DNA from: Thalassobaculum sp.
GTDB taxonomy: Bacteria > Pseudomonadota > Alphaproteobacteria > Thalassobaculales > Thalassobaculaceae
DNA: 64,000 bases
NCBI RefSeq assembly: GCF_965223715.1
Contig: NZ_OZ245012.1
Span: 97,369 to 161,368, forward strand
Direction of reading: 5' to 3'
This document shows positions 10,618 to 19,277 of this stretch, in pieces. Under the pieces are notes generated by a model. That model did no database searches and was not told the origin of the DNA. It worked only from the letters and a program-made list of their open reading frames with translations. Made by a program: the position numbers and the translations under genes. Position 1 is the first letter of the stretch, and each line of letters starts with the position of its first letter.

Positions 10618-10645
10618 CGACGGACGCTAGCCGGGGCCGGACGCG

Positions 10646-12157
10646 ATGTCATCCCTTCCGCCCCGCCCCGGTTCGTGGTTAGACGGAGCCATGACCGACC
10701 GTGCCGTGATCCTCCAGAAGTCCGTCGAGCTCCGCGACCCGCACGACTGCACCGACAGCGGCGACGCCCTGGCGCTGCTGGAGGCCGTGTTCGACGCCCC
10801 GGTCCGCCGCCGCGCCGATGGCGGCTTCGCGCCGGCCCTGGCGGAGCGTTGGGATGTCTCCCCCGATGCCCGGACCTGGACTTTGACCCTGCGGGCCGGG
10901 CTTAGGTTCCATGACGGTCGCCCGCTGGACGCGGCGGCAATGGCGGCGTCCATCGCGCGGATGAAGCGGCCGGATGTGGGCGCCACCCTCGGCGCGCCGG
11001 CGGTCTGGGGCCAGTATCTCGCCGGTGCCGAGATCCGTGCCGTCGATCCACGCACGGTGGCAATCACGACCGTCGAGCCGCTGGCCGACCTGCTGGACAT
11101 TCTGGCGTCCGCCTATGCCGTCCCGCCAGAGGTGGATGAGCCCGGCTTCCGGAACAGCCCGATCGGCAGCGGCGCCTATCGGGTCGTCTCGGTCGATCCG
11201 GGGGTTGAGGTCCGGCTTGAGGCCAATCCCGACTGGTGGGCCGGACCGGTCGGGAACCACGGACTGATCTTCCGCTGCGAGCCGGACGCGGACCGCCGGG
11301 CCGCCGCCGTCGCCGAGGGTCGGGCGGCGCTGGCGAGCCGGCTGACCGCGGCGCAGCAGAGGGCGGGGGTCGAGCGGGCCGGCCGCTTCTGGTCGGACTA
11401 CACCGACCCGACCGCGATCATCTTCCTGCTCAACGCCACAACCGGCCCCTGCGCCGATGCGCGGGTCCGTCGCGCCCTGACCCTGGCGGTCGACCGCACC
11501 CGGCTGATCGAGACCGTGCTGGCCGGCGATGGCGCCGTGCTGGAGGGATTCGTCAGCGCCGTGCATTTCGGCGCACCGCCCGCATCCGGTGCCGCATCGT
11601 TCGATCGGGAGGTGGCCAGAGCGCTGCTTGCCGAGGCCGGATACGGCGACGGCCTGGACCTGGTGGTGGACACGCCGACCCGGCTGCCGGACGAGGCGCA
11701 GGCGCTGACCGCCGCCCTGGGCGCGCAGCTCGCCGCGATCGGCGTCACTCTGCACCCCCGGGTGACCGAGGACCGGGTCGCCTATGCCGAGCGGGTCCGC
11801 GACAAGCGCATCGGCGATCTCTGCGTCTTCGACTCGAGCCCCATGAGCACGTTTCGGGTCCTCTACGAGAAGATCGACAGCCGCATCGCCGGCTCCTGGT
11901 GGCAGGGCTATGCGAACCCTGCGGTGGAACGGCTGCTGGACGACGCCCGGCGCACGGTCGACGACGCGGCGCGGGCGGGACTCTATGGCGAGGCGTATCG
12001 CGCCCTGCAGGCCGACCCGGCCTGGATCCCGCTTTACCATCACCGCCTCGGGGTGGCGTGCGCGGTGGCGCTGGAGCGACCGGCGGTTCGGGGCGACGGC
12101 GTTCTCGACGTAACATTGCTGCCGGCTCTGCCGGCCGGAGAGGGGAAACGGACATGA
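10646..12157 (+). CDS. Solute-binding protein family 5 (peptide/nickel type) homolog lacking a signal peptide
   Basis: 503 aa. LAERWDVSPDARTWTLTLRAGLRFHDGRPL is the typical SBP_bac_5 core. The N-terminus has no hydrophobic leader. No permease or ATPase genes are adjacent. Alternative start at ATG 10691. Confidence 0.75.
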   Translation: MSSLPPRPGSWLDGAMTDRAVILQKSVELRDPHDCTDSGDALALLEAVFDAPVRRRADGGFAPALAERWDVSPDARTWTLTLRAGLRFHDGRPLDAAAMAASIARMKRPDVGATLGAPAVWGQYLAGAEIRAVDPRTVAITTVEPLADLLDILASAYAVPPEVDEPGFRNSPIGSGAYRVVSVDPGVEVRLEANPDWWAGPVGNHGLIFRCEPDADRRAAAVAEGRAALASRLTAAQQRAGVERAGRFWSDYTDPTAIIFLLNATTGPCADARVRRALTLAVDRTRLIETVLAGDGAVLEGFVSAVHFGAPPASGAASFDREVARALLAEAGYGDGLDLVVDTPTRLPDEAQALTAALGAQLAAIGVTLHPRVTEDRVAYAERVRDKRIGDLCVFDSSPMSTFRVLYEKIDSRIAGSWWQGYANPAVERLLDDARRTVDDAARAGLYGEAYRALQADPAWIPLYHHRLGVACAVALERPAVRGDGVLDVTLLPALPAGEGKRT

Positions 12158-12921
12158 CGCAGAAGGTGGCGATCGTCACGGGCGCGGCGCGGGGAATCGG
12201 ACTGGCGGTAACGAAGCGGTTCCTGGCCGAGGGCTGGCGGGTGGTGATGGTCGATATCGAGGCCGAGGCGCTGTTCGCCGCCCAGGCCGCGCTGGACAGC
12301 GAGGATGCCACAGCCCAGGCCTGCGACGTCTCCGACCCGGTGCAGGTCCGGCGGGTCGCCGCCGTCGCCATCGAGCGGTTCGGCCGGATCGACGCGGTGG
12401 TCAACAATGCCGGCATCGCCGTCTTCAAGCCGCTGCTGGACACGACCTATGACGAGTGGTCCCGGGTCATTGCGGTGAACCTGAACGGCCCGTTCCTGAT
12501 GGTGCAGGAAACAGCCCGGCTGATGGCCGAGACCGGCGGCGGCGCGGTCGTCAATATCGGCTCGATCTCCGGCCTGCGGGCCAGCACCCTGCGGGTCGCC
12601 TACGGCACCTCGAAGGCGGCCTTGATCCACCTGACCAAGCAGCAGGCGACCGAACTCGGCGAGATCGGCGTGCGGGTCAACCTGATCGCCCCCGGCCCCG
12701 TCGACACCGCCATGGCCAAGGAGGTCCACACCCCCGCGATCCGGGCCGACTACCACGACGCGATCCCGCTGAACCGCTATGGGCTGGAGGAGGAGATCGC
12801 CAACGGCGTGTTCTTCCTGTGCAGCGACCAGGCGAGCTACATCACCGGCCAGACCCTGGCGGTCGATGGTGGCTTCGACGCCGCCGGGATCGGCCTGCCC
12901 ACCCTGCGCAAGGATGGCTGA
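12154..12921 (+). CDS. SDR-family oxidoreductase
   Basis: Internal start in track ORF 11236-12921, with an ATGA overlap on the preceding stop. VAIVTGAARGIGLA Rossmann motif, NNAG, YGTSKAAL catalytic motif. 255 aa. Confidence 0.88.
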   Translation: MTQKVAIVTGAARGIGLAVTKRFLAEGWRVVMVDIEAEALFAAQAALDSEDATAQACDVSDPVQVRRVAAVAIERFGRIDAVVNNAGIAVFKPLLDTTYDEWSRVIAVNLNGPFLMVQETARLMAETGGGAVVNIGSISGLRASTLRVAYGTSKAALIHLTKQQATELGEIGVRVNLIAPGPVDTAMAKEVHTPAIRADYHDAIPLNRYGLEEEIANGVFFLCSDQASYITGQTLAVDGGFDAAGIGLPTLRKDG

Positions 12922-13008
12922 GCGGATCGGGGGGCGCGCGCTGGTCCCTTGCTGTCGGCGGGTGGCTGCACCATCCTCTGTCGCCCGATCGATCGCCTGG
13001 AGCCCGCA

Positions 13009-13809
13009 ATGACCGATACACCGCCGTCCACAGTCACCGCCGCCATGCTGATCATCGGCAACGAGATCCTGTCCGGGCGCACCAAGGACAAGAATGTCGG
13101 CTACATCGCCGAGGAACTGACGGCGATCGGCATCCGGCTGTCCGAGGTCCGGGTGGTGCGCGACGACGAGGCGGCGATCATCGAGGCGGTGACCGTCCTG
13201 TCCGAGCGCTACACCTATGTCTTCACCTCCGGCGGCATCGGCCCGACCCATGACGACATCACCACCGCCTGCATCGCCAAGGCGTTCGGCGCCGCGGTGG
13301 AACGCAATCCCGAGGCGATGCGGCGGCTGACCGCCCACTACGCCAACAGCGGCGTGGAGTTCAACGCCGCCCGGCAGAAGATGGCCGAGATTCCGGTCGG
13401 CGCCGACCTGATCGACAACCCGGTCTCCGCCGCCCCCGGCTTCATCCTGAAGAACGTGCATGTGATGGCCGGCGTACCGCGTATCCTGCAGGCGATGTTC
13501 GAGGGCCTGAAGCCGACCCTGACCGGCGGCGCCCAGATGCTGTCGCGGACCGTGGCCTGCACGGTCGGCGAGGGCACCGTGGCCGGCGGATTGGGGGCCA
13601 TTCAGACGACATATCCGGATATCGAGATCGGCTCTTATCCGTATTTCCGGGCCGGCGCCTTCGGCACCAGCCTGGTCCTGCGCGGCACCGACGAGGCCAT
13701 GCTGGAGGCGGCGACCGAGGAGGTGCGCAAGCTGGTCCGCTCGCTGGGAGGCGAGCCGATCGATATCGATGACGGCGTCGAGGCCGGGCCCGCGGAGGCC
13801 GCGTCGTGA
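13009..13809 (+). CDS. CinA-like molybdopterin-binding (MoCF_BD) domain protein
   Basis: Start taken at ATG 13009 (MTDTPPSTVTAAMLIIGNEILSGRTKDKN). FTSGGIGPTHDDIT motif. Confidence 0.8.
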   Translation: MTDTPPSTVTAAMLIIGNEILSGRTKDKNVGYIAEELTAIGIRLSEVRVVRDDEAAIIEAVTVLSERYTYVFTSGGIGPTHDDITTACIAKAFGAAVERNPEAMRRLTAHYANSGVEFNAARQKMAEIPVGADLIDNPVSAAPGFILKNVHVMAGVPRILQAMFEGLKPTLTGGAQMLSRTVACTVGEGTVAGGLGAIQTTYPDIEIGSYPYFRAGAFGTSLVLRGTDEAMLEAATEEVRKLVRSLGGEPIDIDDGVEAGPAEAAS

Positions 13810-14558
13810 GCCACGTCCGCGTCGAACGCTACGACCATGTCGCCCGGGTCACCCTGGACCGGGCCGCCAAGCGCAATGCCATGAGCAGCGAGGTCGCCGC
13901 CGAGCTGGCGGCCGCCTTCCTCTCCCTGGCCGACGCGGACGACCTGCGGGTGGTGGTGCTGTCGGGCGAGGGGCCGAGCTTCTGCGCCGGCGCCGACGTG
14001 AAGGAGCTCGCCTCGCTGACGCCGGAGACGGCCGACAGCTTCATCCGAGGGCTGCATGCCGCCATCGCCGCCGCCATGCTCTGTCCGGTGCCGGTGATCG
14101 CTGCCATCCGCGGTGCCTGCGTCGGCGCGGGGCTGGAGCTGGTGGCTGGCTGCGACATGCGCATCGCCACCCGGGATGCCCATTTCTCCATGCCCGAGGT
14201 GAAGATCGGCGTCCCGTCGGTGATCGAGGCCGCCCTGTTGCCGCGCCTGATGGGGCGGGGCAAGGCGGCGCGTTTCGTGCTGACCGGCGAGACCATCGAC
14301 GCGGACACGGCGTTCAAATGGGGGCTGCTGGAGGAGCTGGTTTCCCCCGACGAGCTGATGTTCCGGGCCGGCGCGCTGGCGGCCGAGATCGCCGAGGCCG
14401 ATCCGCTGGCCGTGCGGGCCCAGAAGCGTCTGATCCGGGCCTGGGACGACATGAGCATCGCCGACGCGGTGGAGGCCAGCGTCCGCGAGTTCGCCGACAG
14501 CTATCGCACCGACGCGCCGTCGAAGCGCATCGATGCGATCCTGGCCCGCCGCAAATGA
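13806..14558 (+). CDS. Enoyl-CoA hydratase/isomerase (crotonase) family protein
   Basis: 250 aa, GTG start overlapping the preceding stop (GTGA). VVVLSGEGPSFCAGADVKE and GACVGAGLELVAGCDMRIA crotonase motifs. Confidence 0.88.
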   Translation: MSHVRVERYDHVARVTLDRAAKRNAMSSEVAAELAAAFLSLADADDLRVVVLSGEGPSFCAGADVKELASLTPETADSFIRGLHAAIAAAMLCPVPVIAAIRGACVGAGLELVAGCDMRIATRDAHFSMPEVKIGVPSVIEAALLPRLMGRGKAARFVLTGETIDADTAFKWGLLEELVSPDELMFRAGALAAEIAEADPLAVRAQKRLIRAWDDMSIADAVEASVREFADSYRTDAPSKRIDAILARRK

Positions 14559-14938
14559 TCCGGCCGGCCGCGATCCTGGCGCTCGCATTGGCGGCGACGC
14601 CGGTCGCGGCGGCCTCGCTCGACGGGATCTGGGGCGTGACCCGGGACAGGGCGGTGGACTGCACCCTTGTGATGGTGCTGCGCGATGGCGCCTATGCGAA
14701 GGCGCTACTGGATCTCGGCACCACCCAGGGCAAGCGGGACAGCGTCGCCGGCACCTCGACCTACACGGTGACGGGCGACCGGGTTGAGATCGCGCCCACC
14801 CTGTCCTTCGCCCGGCCGGAGCCGAGGCAGGTGTTCCACTGGGATGCGGTCGGCGACGTTCTCGTCCGCCTGGAGCCGGCACCCCGGCTCATCTACGGGC
14901 GCTGTCCCGACCGGCCGTTGAACCCGATGACCCGATAG
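14555..14938 (+). CDS. Small secreted hypothetical protein
   Basis: ATG at 14555 with an ATGA overlap on the hydratase stop. MIRPAAILALALAATPVAAA signal peptide, 127 aa, high GC3 frame. Confidence 0.5.
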   Translation: MIRPAAILALALAATPVAAASLDGIWGVTRDRAVDCTLVMVLRDGAYAKALLDLGTTQGKRDSVAGTSTYTVTGDRVEIAPTLSFARPEPRQVFHWDAVGDVLVRLEPAPRLIYGRCPDRPLNPMTR

Positions 14939-14953
14939 AAGGGCAACCCAGGG

Positions 14954-15382
14954 CTACTTGCCCTCTTCCTTGCCTTCGAAGAACGGCTGCAGATAGGCCA
15001 GGATGTCCTGGGCCTCCTGGTCGTCCTTCAGGCCCGGGAACGTCATCTTCGTGCGCGCCTTGTCCTTGCCGATGACCGAGCCGATGTAGCCGTTCGGATC
15101 CACGATGTACTGCGTGAAGTGGTCGGCGTTCCACGGGTCGATCTTGGCACCGGCGGCGGTCATGTCGTCGGAGTGGTTGAAGCCCTCGAAATTGCCGGCC
15201 TTGCGGTTGAACAGGTTGTAGAGGGAGGGACCCACCTTTCGCTTGCCGTCGGCGAGCGAATGGCAGGCCTGGCATTTGACGAACAGCTTCTTGCCGGCTT
15301 CGGCATCGCCCGCGGCCTGGGCGGCGCCGGGCAGGGCGAGACTGATCAGGAGGGCGGCGGCAGTCGAGACACGAACCAGCAC
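14954..15382 (-). CDS. cycA: Soluble class I cytochrome c (cytochrome c2-like)
   Basis: 142 aa. Signal peptide, CQACH heme site after GDAEAGKKLF, Met ligand context KMTFPGLK. Confidence 0.82.
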   Translation of the reverse strand: MLVRVSTAAALLISLALPGAAQAAGDAEAGKKLFVKCQACHSLADGKRKVGPSLYNLFNRKAGNFEGFNHSDDMTAAGAKIDPWNADHFTQYIVDPNGYIGSVIGKDKARTKMTFPGLKDDQEAQDILAYLQPFFEGKEEGK

Positions 15383-15440
15383 AATTTTACTCCCTTAAGT
15401 CGATTTATTGCGTCGACCTATCTGTTCCGTCGACTTGGAC

Positions 15441-15458
15441 TGTCAACCCTACGCGACA
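15441..15458. promoter_or_regulatory. TGT-N12-ACA palindrome (PpsR/CrtJ-type operator) in the cycA / bchI divergent region
   Basis: TGTCAACCCTACGCGACA read directly. Its reverse complement ends in TTGACA facing cycA. Confidence 0.55.
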
Positions 15459-15562
15459 GTTCTGGAGCCGGGCAAGCCCCGCCGTTTGTGCGAGTCTCTC
15501 ATGTTTCCGCGGAGCAAAGCGCCCGTTTTCCGCGCTTGTGATCGATCGCGCGACACGACATC

Positions 15563-16594
15563 ATGGCGCGTATGGCGGCTTTGTATCCCTTCAGTGCGAT
15601 CGTCGGGCAGTCGGAAATGCTGCTTGGTTTGACAGTCGCATCTGTCGATCCGAGTGTCGGTGGCGTGCTGATCTTCGGCGAGCGCGGGACCGGGAAATCC
15701 ACCGCGATCCGGGCATTGGCCCACCTCCTGCCGACCATGAAGGTGGTGGAGGGCTGTCGTTTCAACTGCGATCCGGCCCACCCGGCCGACCTCTGCGGCC
15801 ATGCCTGCGGCAAGGCGGCGGGGCGGCGCAAGACGGGCGAGGTGCCGATCCCGGTGGTCGACCTGCCGCTGGGGGCCACCGAGGACCGGGTGGTCGGCGC
15901 ACTGGACCTCGAAGTGGCGTTGAGCCGGGGCGAGAAGCGGTTCGAGCCGGGCCTGCTCGCCCGGGCCCATCGGGGCTTTCTCTACATCGACGAGGTCAAC
16001 CTGCTGGAGGACCATCTGGTCGACCTGCTGCTCGACGTCGCCGCCTCGGGTGAAAACGTGGTGGAGCGCGAGGGATTGAGCGTGCGCCACCCCGCCCGCT
16101 TCGTCCTGGTCGGCAGCGGCAACCCCGAGGAGGGCGAGCTGCGCCCGCAACTCCTCGACCGGTTCGGCCTGTCGGTGGAGGTGACCACGCCGAAGGACCT
16201 GAAGGACCGGGTGGAGGTGATCCGCCGCCGCGACGCCTTCGAACGGGACAAGGACGGGTTCGTGGAGAGCTGGTCCGGCAAGGAGGCCGCGATCCGCCGC
16301 AAGATCGTCCGCGCCCGCCGCCTGCTCGGTGAGGTCCAGGTTCCGGATGCCGTGCTCGAACGGGCGGCCGAGATCTGTCTGGCGCTGGGCACAGACGGCC
16401 TGCGCGGCGAACTGATCCTGATCCGCGCCGCCCGGGCGCTGGCCGCGCTTGAGGGCAAGAAGACGGCCTCCGTCGACCATCTGCGGCGGGTGGCGCCGAT
16501 GACCCTGCGCCATCGGCTGCGGCGCGATCCGCTCGACGATGTGGGCGCCACCGTCCGCGTCGAGCGGGTGCTCGACGACTGCTTCGCGGCGTGA
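15563..16594 (+). CDS. bchI: Mg-chelatase ATPase subunit BchI
   Basis: 343 aa. YPFSAIVGQSEM..GERGTGKST Walker A, AAA+ features. Confidence 0.95.
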   Translation: MARMAALYPFSAIVGQSEMLLGLTVASVDPSVGGVLIFGERGTGKSTAIRALAHLLPTMKVVEGCRFNCDPAHPADLCGHACGKAAGRRKTGEVPIPVVDLPLGATEDRVVGALDLEVALSRGEKRFEPGLLARAHRGFLYIDEVNLLEDHLVDLLLDVAASGENVVEREGLSVRHPARFVLVGSGNPEEGELRPQLLDRFGLSVEVTTPKDLKDRVEVIRRRDAFERDKDGFVESWSGKEAAIRRKIVRARRLLGEVQVPDAVLERAAEICLALGTDGLRGELILIRAARALAALEGKKTASVDHLRRVAPMTLRHRLRRDPLDDVGATVRVERVLDDCFAA

Positions 16595-18321
16595 GCGCGC
16601 CGGCGACACCGCCTCACAGCGATGCCGCTCTGGCGGCCGTGCTCCTGGCCATCGATCCGTTCGGATTGGGTGGCGTGTGGGTCCGTGCCCGGGTCGGACC
16701 GGCCCTGGACGGATGGACGGCATTCCTGCGGTCCTGCCTGTCGGCCGAGATGCCGGTGCGCCGGCTGCCGTCCCACGTGGCTGACGACCGGCTGATCGGT
16801 GGCATCGACCTCGCCGCCACCCTGCGCAGCGGGCGGACGGTCGTCGAGCGCGGCCTGCTGGCGCAGAGCGATGGCGGCGTGCTGGTCGTCCCCATGGCCG
16901 AGCGGATGAGCGGTGCCACCGCCTCCCGCCTTGCCGCGGCGCTGGACACGGGCACGGTGACCGCGGAGCGCGAGGGCATCAGCGCCGTCTGGCCGGCCCG
17001 CCTCGCCGTGGTGGCGATCGACGAGGGGCGGGACGATGACGACCCGGTGCCGGCGGCCCTGCTCGACCGGCTGGGGCTTGCCATTGATCTGGCGGCCGCT
17101 CCGGAACGATATCCCGACGATATGACTGGGGCGATCGAGCGGGCGCGGCACCGCCTGCCGGAGGTCCGGATCGCCGACCGGGAGCGGGAGGCGCTGTGCG
17201 CGGCCGGCCTGGCGCTGGGGGTCGACTCGCTGCGCATGGCCGTCTGCGCCCTGAAGATCGCCCGCTGCCATGCCGCCTGGAGCGGGCGCGGGACGGTCGA
17301 CGGCGCCGATCTGGAAGCGGCCGTGCGGCTGGTCTATGCCCTGCGCGCGACCCAGCTTCCGGCGGGGCCGGAGGACGCGGCCGCCGAGGAACCTCCACCG
17401 CCGCCCAGCCCGCCGCAGGAGGGCGATCCGTCTTCCGAACAGGCCACGGCCGATGCCGCCGGTGACCGGCTGGTGGAGGTGGCCCGCGCCGTCCTGCCGC
17501 CGGATCTTTTGGCCCGTCTCGCCGCCGGACTTGCGCCGCGACGGCCGGGGAACTCCGCCGGGCGTCGGGGCGAGGGAGCGGCGTCGCGCCGACGCGGCCG
17601 GCCGCTGGGCAGCGTGCCGGGAGACCCGCGGCGCGGCGATCGGCTGAACCTGGCGGACACCCTGCGCGCGGCGGCTCCCTGGCAGCGGCTGCGCGGCCGG
17701 CAGGGGGCGTCCGTGATCGTCCGGCCGGAGGATTTCCGCGTCGTGCGCTACAAGCATCGGAGCGAGAGCGTGACCGTCTTCGTGGTCGACGCCTCCGGCT
17801 CCTCCGCCCTGCACCGCCTGGCCGAGGCCAAGGGCGCGGTCGAGCTGCTGCTGGCGGAATGCTACGTGCGCCGGGACCAGGTGGCGCTGCTGGCGTTTCG
17901 CGGGGCGGAGGCGGACCTGCTGCTGCCGCCGACCCGCTCGCTGGTCCGCGCCAAGCGGATGCTGGCGGGGCTGCCGGGCGGCGGGGGAACGCCCCTGGCT
18001 TCCGGCCTCGACATGGCCGCCGGTCTCGCCCGCGCGGTCCGGCGCGAGGGGCGCACACCCTCCCTGGTCGTCCTCACCGACGGGCGGGCCAATATCGGCC
18101 GTGACGGGGAGCCCGGGCGCGAGGCTGCCGGCCGCGACGCCACCGACGCCGCCCGCCGCATCGCCGGGGACAGCCTACCCGCCCTGGTGCTGGACACCAG
18201 CCCGCGGCCCCGGCCGGAAGCGGCAGAGCTGGCGGCGGCCATGGCCGGGCTCTACCTGCCGCTGCCCCAGGCGGATGCGGCGGCGGTGTCCCGCGCGGTG
18301 ATCGCCGCGCGCGGGCGCTAG
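16591..18321 (+). CDS. bchD: Mg-chelatase subunit BchD
   Basis: 576 aa, GTGA overlap with bchI. Degenerate AAA+ N-domain, Pro/acidic linker (EEPPPPPSPPQEGD), C-terminal vWA domain (VFVVDASGS). Confidence 0.93.
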   Translation: MSAPATPPHSDAALAAVLLAIDPFGLGGVWVRARVGPALDGWTAFLRSCLSAEMPVRRLPSHVADDRLIGGIDLAATLRSGRTVVERGLLAQSDGGVLVVPMAERMSGATASRLAAALDTGTVTAEREGISAVWPARLAVVAIDEGRDDDDPVPAALLDRLGLAIDLAAAPERYPDDMTGAIERARHRLPEVRIADREREALCAAGLALGVDSLRMAVCALKIARCHAAWSGRGTVDGADLEAAVRLVYALRATQLPAGPEDAAAEEPPPPPSPPQEGDPSSEQATADAAGDRLVEVARAVLPPDLLARLAAGLAPRRPGNSAGRRGEGAASRRRGRPLGSVPGDPRRGDRLNLADTLRAAAPWQRLRGRQGASVIVRPEDFRVVRYKHRSESVTVFVVDASGSSALHRLAEAKGAVELLLAECYVRRDQVALLAFRGAEADLLLPPTRSLVRAKRMLAGLPGGGGTPLASGLDMAAGLARAVRREGRTPSLVVLTDGRANIGRDGEPGREAAGRDATDAARRIAGDSLPALVLDTSPRPRPEAAELAAAMAGLYLPLPQADAAAVSRAVIAARGR

Positions 18322-18330
18322 GCCGGTCCC

Positions 18331-19269
18331 TTGGCCTCCGCCCGCGATCTGGACTGGGACCGGGACGGACCGGCCTGGCCGAACGCGGTCCACAGCCGCT
18401 TCGTGCGGGCCGGGCGGCTGTGCTGGCATGTCCAGGTGGCGGGGGACGGGCCCGCCCTGCTGCTGCTCCACGGCACCGGGGCCTCCACCCATAGCTGGGC
18501 CGGCCTTGTGGCGGAGCTGGCGGGCGACTTCACGGTGGTCGCCCCCGACCTGCCGGGGCACGGCTTCACCGGGGTCGCGTCCCAGTACGGGCTCTCGCTG
18601 CCGGGCATGGCCCATGGGGTCGCCGAACTGCTGGACGCCCTGGAGATCGCGCCGGTGCTCGGCGTCGGCCATTCGGCGGGGGCGGCGATCCTGGCCCGCT
18701 GCGTGCTGGACCGCCGGCCGGCCCTGCGTGGCCTGGTCAGTCTGAACGGCGCGCTGCTGCCGTTCGGCGGCATGGCCGGGCGGCTGTTCTCGCCCCTGGC
18801 CAAGCTCATGGCGATCAACCCGATCACCCCCGCCTTCCTGTCCCGCCGGTTCTCACGCCCCGATATCTTCGATCGGCTGATCTCCGGCACCGGGTCCCGG
18901 GTCGATCCGGCCAGTGCAGCGATCTATCGGCGTCTGGCCTCAAGTCCACGGCACGTGGCCGGGACTCTGGGGATGATGGCGAACTGGGACCTGCGGCGCC
19001 TTGCCCGCGAACTGCCGGAGCTGCCGGCGGCCCTGGTGCTGGTCGCGGCGGCCGGCGACCGGATCGTGCCGCCGGAGCAGGCGGCCGAGTTGGCGGCGAC
19101 GATCCCGACCGCGCGGCTGGAGACCCTGTCTTGGGGCGGCCATCTCGCCCATGAGGAGCGACCGGCGGAGATCGCCGATCTGATCCGCCGCTTCGCTCGC
19201 GAGATCGGCGTGCTTCCGGTACCGGCTTCAGGCTTGGAAAAAGAACTGGACACACGTACTGTAAATTAA
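18331..19269 (+). CDS. bchO: Alpha/beta hydrolase BchO
   Basis: 312 aa (TTG start). LLLLHGTGASTHSW and GVGHSAGAA nucleophile elbow. Position after bchD. Confidence 0.85.
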   Translation: MASARDLDWDRDGPAWPNAVHSRFVRAGRLCWHVQVAGDGPALLLLHGTGASTHSWAGLVAELAGDFTVVAPDLPGHGFTGVASQYGLSLPGMAHGVAELLDALEIAPVLGVGHSAGAAILARCVLDRRPALRGLVSLNGALLPFGGMAGRLFSPLAKLMAINPITPAFLSRRFSRPDIFDRLISGTGSRVDPASAAIYRRLASSPRHVAGTLGMMANWDLRRLARELPELPAALVLVAAAGDRIVPPEQAAELAATIPTARLETLSWGGHLAHEERPAEIADLIRRFAREIGVLPVPASGLEKELDTRTVN

Positions 19270-19277
19270 TGGATACA
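19260..19277. promoter_or_regulatory. TGT-N12-ACA palindrome spanning the bchO stop and the crtI start
   Basis: TGTAAATTAATGGATACA. It contains the TAA stop of bchO (19267-19269) and the ATG of crtI (19269-19271). Confidence 0.5.
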
